Notes under the pieces: generated by a model
What the model was told of the DNA's origin: nothing
What the model saw: only the letters and a program-made list of their open reading frames with translations
Databases searched by the model: none
Program-made: the position numbers and the translations under genes
Virus record (IMG/VR): IMGVR_UViG_3300005731_000047
Location: 1 to 39,264 of that record
Length of the DNA: 39,264 nucleotides
Direction: 5' to 3' (one strand)
DNA from: a virus
Lineage: Duplodnaviria > Caudoviricetes
Shown here: positions 34,636-39,264 of the stretch, piece by piece
Layout of the letters: every line of letters starts with the position of its first letter
Numbering within the stretch: the stretch's first letter is position 1

Positions 34636-35103
34636 TTAGAACGGGAAGTCACAGATAACTTCTTTATCCGAGATGTCGCCTGCATATGCGCAAACGTGGT
34701 CGGTAACATCCGCCGAAACGTCAAGCGTACCATCCGCCGAACCCGTTGGGGTCAGTGGATCGCCATCAGAACCTGCGGTCAGAGCGAGAGCCAGGGTTGC
34801 TGGGCCTTTGATCTGAATCCAACCGTATTCGTCATCAGACATAGCCGCCATAAGAACGCCTGCGCCGATTTCAACGCTGTCTGAAAGGTCCGAAGACACT
34901 TGGCTGTTTTTGTAGCCATCAAGGGTGTAGTAGTAAGCGACCTCGCTAGCAACACCATCGGTTGCTGCGGTGCCTTCTTTGTACTGCACGAACTTGTAGA
35001 CTTTGCCGCCTTTACCCCAAAACACGTCACCAAGGGCAGGAGTATTGCCATCGGTTAGCGCTGTGTAAACAGCAGTGAGATTTGCACCTGAAAGTAAGCT
35101 CAT
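34636..35103 (-). CDS. Capsid decoration / cement protein
   Basis: Directly after MCP; YKFVQY and YGWIQIKGPA motifs. Confidence 0.7.
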   Translation of the reverse strand: MSLLSGANLTAVYTALTDGNTPALGDVFWGKGGKVYKFVQYKEGTAATDGVASEVAYYYTLDGYKNSQVSSDLSDSVEIGAGVLMAAMSDDEYGWIQIKGPATLALALTAGSDGDPLTPTGSADGTLDVSADVTDHVCAYAGDISDKEVICDFPF

Positions 35104-35115
35104 TGTTTTATCTCC

Positions 35116-36084
35116 TTACGATGCGTCGATCAGCACGCCTTGCAGCGAGCGGTTTGTGCAGACCATGTTACCCATCCAGTAGATAGGAATAACAACAGCG
35201 TCTTGGTTGGTCGGACGCTTTTCTTCATCCGGTGTCCACTGCGCTTCGCGGTGCTGCGTTACGTACAGATAATCCGTATTCAAGAAATACGCTTTCTCTG
35301 CGGTGGTGCTGAAGTTGGTGTTATCGTCAAAGATAACGTCAGCGTCTTTGTACTTCAGGCTGGTGAAGCCTTCCGATGCGCTATCCTTATCTGCATAACG
35401 AGCGCGGTCCTCTACGCCACCCTCAAAGACCGAATAGAAGTCGTGAGACATTACAATCAGGTCAGGCCTATCAGCGCCGCGATTCAGTGGAAGCCATAAC
35501 TTGCCCATTTCGTCCTTAAAGGTCGATTTGGTATAAGCGTCGGTGCCAGTGATTTCGCGATACTGGTTCTGCCAGAATGAGAAAGTCGTAGAGTTGATGC
35601 CGCCAACAGTACCTGTGCCCGCTGTTTGCACGAGATGCGCCAAACCGCCGATTTGGTTGGTCAAGGTACCATCTGAGTACATGTCAATCGAGAACTGGTT
35701 TGCTGCGGTTTTCATCGCAACTTTCTTACGTGCCTCAACGAGATCAATCATGCGGGCTTTTGAACCCATGTTCATGCGAATCTCACGGCCCGAAGAAGTC
35801 ACGTGAAGCGCAACCTGCTGCCAGTCGAATTTAACCGATGTCAGAACGTCAGAAGCCGAAGTGTCCAGACCTTCATATCCAGAATAGCGCTGGTAAGTGC
35901 CATTCTCTGCATATTCAATCTGCTCTGCGATTTCATAGCCGCCGTCGACGGTTTTGATGTTGCCCTTTTTCTTCATGCGATTCAGAAGGGCGTTGTGGTC
36001 GCTCACGTTGTCTGTAACTTTTGACCCCCAAGCACGGTCAGTCGAAGTTACCATTTCCGTGAACACTGAAGAAGGAGTTGCCAT
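35116..36084 (-). CDS. Major capsid protein
   Basis: 322 aa after scaffold; DNVSDHNALL, YSGYE.L, YSDGT, GTVGGIN..T.SFW.NQ, YFLNT, W.GNM. Confidence 0.9.
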   Translation of the reverse strand: MATPSSVFTEMVTSTDRAWGSKVTDNVSDHNALLNRMKKKGNIKTVDGGYEIAEQIEYAENGTYQRYSGYEGLDTSASDVLTSVKFDWQQVALHVTSSGREIRMNMGSKARMIDLVEARKKVAMKTAANQFSIDMYSDGTLTNQIGGLAHLVQTAGTGTVGGINSTTFSFWQNQYREITGTDAYTKSTFKDEMGKLWLPLNRGADRPDLIVMSHDFYSVFEGGVEDRARYADKDSASEGFTSLKYKDADVIFDDNTNFSTTAEKAYFLNTDYLYVTQHREAQWTPDEEKRPTNQDAVVIPIYWMGNMVCTNRSLQGVLIDAS

Positions 36085-36096
36085 CTATCTTTGTCC

Positions 36097-37173
36097 TTAG
36101 CTTGCCATCATCCTATCCCATGCTTGCCCCATCTGATCACGTTCGCTCATTGGGGTTTGCTTAGTCTGGGATGACTTTACATTTACGGATTTAGCCTTAA
36201 TCGCTGCCTTGGTTCTCTTGGGGTCTGCCTTTGCCGGTGCCGCCTGTGGGGCCGGTTTTGGAGATGCCCGAAGGCCTTTAGCATCAATAGCCATGTCATA
36301 AGCTGCGCTCAATACGTCCGCATTGGAGGCATATTCGCCCAGCAGGTGCCTTGCAGCCGGAATAAGAGCGGGCATATCATTCTCTACTACTGCCCAATGC
36401 TCTCGGTCCTGTGCGAACGCCGCAACCTCTTGTTGAGTATCGCGAGCCGCTATCTGCTCTTGCACCATCGCCTCAACATTAACATTATTGTTAGGTTGAT
36501 TCAATTGCTGTTTAAGTTGCGCAATCTCTTGCTGCATCTGAATGGTTTCAACGTTGGAATCTTGCGGCTGCAAGCCAAGGCGTTGATATAGTTGCTGCAA
36601 TGAGCCCGTCTGCTGCGCTACCTGCAAAAGAGTGTTTACAGGGTCGCGGCGAAGGTTGGCGCGGGTGTTGGCTAGTTCGAAAACATCCTTTGCCACCTGT
36701 TCCGGTGTCATCTGTGCTAATTCTGGGAAGCTTTGAGTAGCCCGTTGGATTTCGCTAAGAATAGGGTTGAGGGCCTGCTGCTGGCGTCCCATGTTGGAAA
36801 GCTTAGCGCTCATCTCTTGGTGGGACTTGGCAATTGCTTCTCGCGCACCCTCTGGGATTTCTGCCCATACTTCTTGAACTGCGCCAGGAACATAATTAGG
36901 GGCGTGAACCTCCGCGACCTCTTCGGTCTCTTCAGCGGGTTGCTCTTGCTCCTGTACCTGCTCATTCGTGGCTTCTACCTCAACTTCTTCAACCACTTCT
37001 TCGGTAACTTCTTCTGCCACCTCTTCTGCGGTCTCTTTTGCTGTGAAGCGGCCAAGCTCGTCACGCGAACGATCTTCGGGTGTACTGTCTAGCTCGCCCA
37101 TCATGCGGTCATAGGCGTCACCCATGCTCGCTTCTTCACTAACAAATTCTTCTACTTGCTGCTCGTTATCCAT
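36097..37173 (-). CDS. Scaffolding protein
   Basis: Acidic N-terminus with RDELGRF, coiled coil, AYDMA, directly before MCP. Confidence 0.8.
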   Translation of the reverse strand: MDNEQQVEEFVSEEASMGDAYDRMMGELDSTPEDRSRDELGRFTAKETAEEVAEEVTEEVVEEVEVEATNEQVQEQEQPAEETEEVAEVHAPNYVPGAVQEVWAEIPEGAREAIAKSHQEMSAKLSNMGRQQQALNPILSEIQRATQSFPELAQMTPEQVAKDVFELANTRANLRRDPVNTLLQVAQQTGSLQQLYQRLGLQPQDSNVETIQMQQEIAQLKQQLNQPNNNVNVEAMVQEQIAARDTQQEVAAFAQDREHWAVVENDMPALIPAARHLLGEYASNADVLSAAYDMAIDAKGLRASPKPAPQAAPAKADPKRTKAAIKAKSVNVKSSQTKQTPMSERDQMGQAWDRMMAS

Positions 37174-37498
37174 TATTAGCCTCTTTTTGGGGAATATGGG
37201 GTTGGTCTTTATAGCGGTCACTAACAGTTAAGCCCCGCTTCTTCGCAAATTTTTCGTTTCTTATTTCGCCTCGCGTTGGAGAACCTAGTTCATTTGCCTC
37301 TACGCAGTTATGTTTCTTTAGGTTCGCGTTATGTTGCCCTAATGTTCTTATTTCTTTCCCCGTCACAGGGCAAGCGTAAGACTGGAATCCCATGATCTGT
37401 GGTGTTGCTGGCTTGCGTGACTTTTCGTCTTGGGAAAGCATTGGCTCGCCTGTGTCTTTATTCACTGCGATTCCGTTACGATAAACGTAGGTTGTCAT
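37166..37498 (-). CDS. Conserved head-module hypothetical protein
   Basis: Y.CPVTGKEI....H..NLKKHNC motif. Confidence 0.7.
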   Translation of the reverse strand: MTTYVYRNGIAVNKDTGEPMLSQDEKSRKPATPQIMGFQSYACPVTGKEIRTLGQHNANLKKHNCVEANELGSPTRGEIRNEKFAKKRGLTVSDRYKDQPHIPQKEANNG

Positions 37499-38667
37499 TA
37501 TTTACCTCCCAACTTTACGCCGTTTTTACTTAGAATGCCTAAAAGGCTGTCATCAAACACAACATAATTCCTTGAACCCTCGCCCGCCCCTCGTGAGCCT
37601 GCGTCTAGGTAGGATATGCCGGGAATGCCTGCACCTAATAATTCGTCGGTCATTCTGGATTGATCACCGCCATAATCCCACAGCCAATTCCTAACCTCAG
37701 CAACTCTCGGGACGGGAACGCCTGACGCATCTTGCGGCCTCCAGTCGCCCTCTGCTCCTCGCCATGCAGACAATGTGCGCTGACGCCTGCTCCCCTCCGG
37801 TAAATCGACCTCATCCATGCGCAGCTTTACCAAGTCCTGAAAGTCCTGCGGTGCGTCGCTTATGGGCGCATCCCAATCAAGGAAGTCTTCGGGGTTGGCG
37901 TCAATGTTGACTTCGTAGAGGTGTGAGCCGCTGCCCTGCATCCCCCGAACCTCGTCGGATACGGCGCGGTAAGCCGCGCGTGTTCCCTCGTCCAAATCAA
38001 CATCACCCGCCGTCGCAAGCAATTCGTCAGGCGTTTGGTGTAGCATCGCAGCCTCCCAAGCCTCCATAGCGTCGTAATCACCAACAGCCTCTGCCTGCTT
38101 GTAGCGTGACAGCATAATCTCTTCTGCATCAAAGTCGCGTGGCGCGTATCCCTTCGCAACATCCGCATTCTCAGCAAAATACAACCCGTGACCGTAAGCC
38201 TGAGCGCCCTCGCCTGTGCCGATATGCTCCATGCTGAACTTATCAAAGTCATGCGGCGAACCATGCCAGACGCGGATATTCCCCGCCTCATCAGCCCAGA
38301 ACCGCCCTAAGTCATCGCCAATCTGTTGCGTTGCGGGTGAACCGCCCAAAAGACCTTCCATAGTTGCCTGAGCGGGCGTCATGTACCCCTTAGCTGCCAA
38401 TCCGGCAGGGGCAACGGCGATAAGCGCCTCAACAGCCGAGTTTATGGCTGCGCTTCTGCGTGCTTCTGGTGATTGGTTCGGGTCTGTTGCAACGCCAAAT
38501 TGCGCCATGCTGTCTGACATGCCTTGAATCGGGTTCATCTGCGCCGCAAACTCTGCCGCTGGACGTAGGTTAGGCGGCGTTAGGTTGGTTAACATCCCGC
38601 CGATGGTGTTATCTAACCACTGCCTGCGCTGCTGCCCATTGCCAAGAAATTCGCCCAAGGTTGTCAT
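37498..38667 (-). CDS. Protein with an ADP-ribosyltransferase-like (ART-PolyVal-type) domain
   Basis: VWHGSPHDFDKF...IGTGEGAQAYGHGLYFAE...LYEV...GIPGI.YLD...NYVVFD. Confidence 0.7.
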   Translation of the reverse strand: MTTLGEFLGNGQQRRQWLDNTIGGMLTNLTPPNLRPAAEFAAQMNPIQGMSDSMAQFGVATDPNQSPEARRSAAINSAVEALIAVAPAGLAAKGYMTPAQATMEGLLGGSPATQQIGDDLGRFWADEAGNIRVWHGSPHDFDKFSMEHIGTGEGAQAYGHGLYFAENADVAKGYAPRDFDAEEIMLSRYKQAEAVGDYDAMEAWEAAMLHQTPDELLATAGDVDLDEGTRAAYRAVSDEVRGMQGSGSHLYEVNIDANPEDFLDWDAPISDAPQDFQDLVKLRMDEVDLPEGSRRQRTLSAWRGAEGDWRPQDASGVPVPRVAEVRNWLWDYGGDQSRMTDELLGAGIPGISYLDAGSRGAGEGSRNYVVFDDSLLGILSKNGVKLGGK

Positions 38668-38903
38668 CCCTCATACCTCCATCCTACAATCTGCGTGGCG
38701 TTAGTTCCGGTTGCTAGTATTTTGAGCGGCATAAACGCCTCAAATGTCGTATAGGGTGGAATATTCGGATAGGTGATCTGCGTGCCGTCGCGGTCCTCAA
38801 CAGCCAAATCGCCACCAGACACAACAACAATTGCTGTATACTTGGGCAATTCAGTGCTATCGCTTGGTGTGATTGTTTCGTGACGAAATACAGGCTCAAT
38901 CAT
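38664..38903 (-). CDS. Head spike-base protein (RcGTA Rcc01079-like)
   Basis: ITPSDSTELP, GGDLAV, ILATGTNATQIVG. Confidence 0.7.
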   Translation of the reverse strand: MIEPVFRHETITPSDSTELPKYTAIVVVSGGDLAVEDRDGTQITYPNIPPYTTFEAFMPLKILATGTNATQIVGWRYEG

Positions 38904-39214
38904 GCGTCCGCGTCCCTTACCTCAATACCCGAAAAGCGTAACTTGATTTCCGTGTTGTTTGTGTCAGTCTCTCCAGTGAAATACAGCACCGATTGCTCCC
39001 CAACAGGGAACGGGTTGTTAGGGCTATAGGTAACGCTATCCTCGCGCTGGGTGTCCATTACGTATCTAAACACCTCATACTTAGCGTTAGATACAAAGGA
39101 GCGCACCCACCCCTTGACCGTAACAATTGGATTGCCGCCACCGCTGGTCTTCACAACATTTATAAGCAAATCTTCTGCTAAGAGCTGGTGGTCGGCTTGC
39201 GTGAAGAATATCGC
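38900..39214 (-). CDS. 3' part of the origin-spanning 384-aa protein (starts at 840)
   Basis: In frame with 840..1 across the junction. Confidence 0.85.
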   Translation of the reverse strand, partial: AIFFTQADHQLLAEDLLINVVKTSGGGNPIVTVKGWVRSFVSNAKYEVFRYVMDTQREDSVTYSPNNPFPVGEQSVLYFTGETDTNNTEIKLRFSGIEVRDADA

Positions 39215-39264
39215 CTGCTGTGTGGTTCCCTCGCCCGCTGGTATTGTGGCCTGTGTGGTGCCTG
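39215..39264. repeat. Terminal direct repeat identical to 1-50
   Basis: Exact 50-bp match. Confidence 0.97.

Noticed and set aside
922-37092. Many antisense and alternate-frame ORFs in the track (e.g. 922..1188, 25871..26311, 29320..29715, 36733..37092)
   Set aside because: They are shadows of well-supported genes on the opposite strand or frame, with no RBS or motifs
1-39264. tRNA or rRNA genes
   Set aside because: No cloverleaf or T-loop signature noticed by eye; tRNAscan-SE would be needed to exclude them formally

Overview
The window is an apparently complete, circularly assembled tailed-phage genome of 39,214 bp; bases 1-50 repeat exactly at 39215-39264. Gene content suggests a podovirus-like phage of an alphaproteobacterial, probably Rhodobacteraceae, host (inferred from the GapR homologue, the SSB type, an RcGTA Rcc01079-like spike-base gene and RegA/PrrA-like boxes). 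The minus strand carries terminases, portal, a 384-aa gene split by the contig ends, head genes, tail adaptor and hub, ejection proteins, tail fibre and a lysis cassette. A second minus-strand block holds HNH, replication initiator, DnaA-C-like HTH, two displaced tailspike/fibre genes and an accessory operon. The plus-strand early arm (15.3-23.4 kb) encodes Lar, DUF551 proteins, YegP, ERF, SSB, NinB, Ref-like, GapR and RusA-like proteins. I recognised no integrase, CI-type repressor, DNA polymerase, primase or helicase. Main highlights: (1) a translationally coupled envelope operon at 5.8-9.9 kb combining a MotA/TolQ/ExbB-like subunit, an Asp-TM partner with a periplasmic YfaP-like domain, a membrane protein, a secreted ClpP/crotonase-fold protein, an SbmA/BacA peptide transporter, an unannotated 24-aa TM peptide and a ClpP protease, opposed by a convergent 25-aa TM peptide with its own promoter; (2) six 17-bp TGYGRCA-N3-TGYCRCA boxes abutting -35-like hexamers, resembling RegA/PrrA sites; (3) a counter-transcribed sRNA, a long structured leader and helically phased iterons upstream of the replication gene; (4) an Acb2/Tad1-like sponge candidate next to TerS; (5) a duplicated early cassette with conserved boundary sequences and swapped contents. 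All family assignments are from motif recognition by eye; no database search was run.
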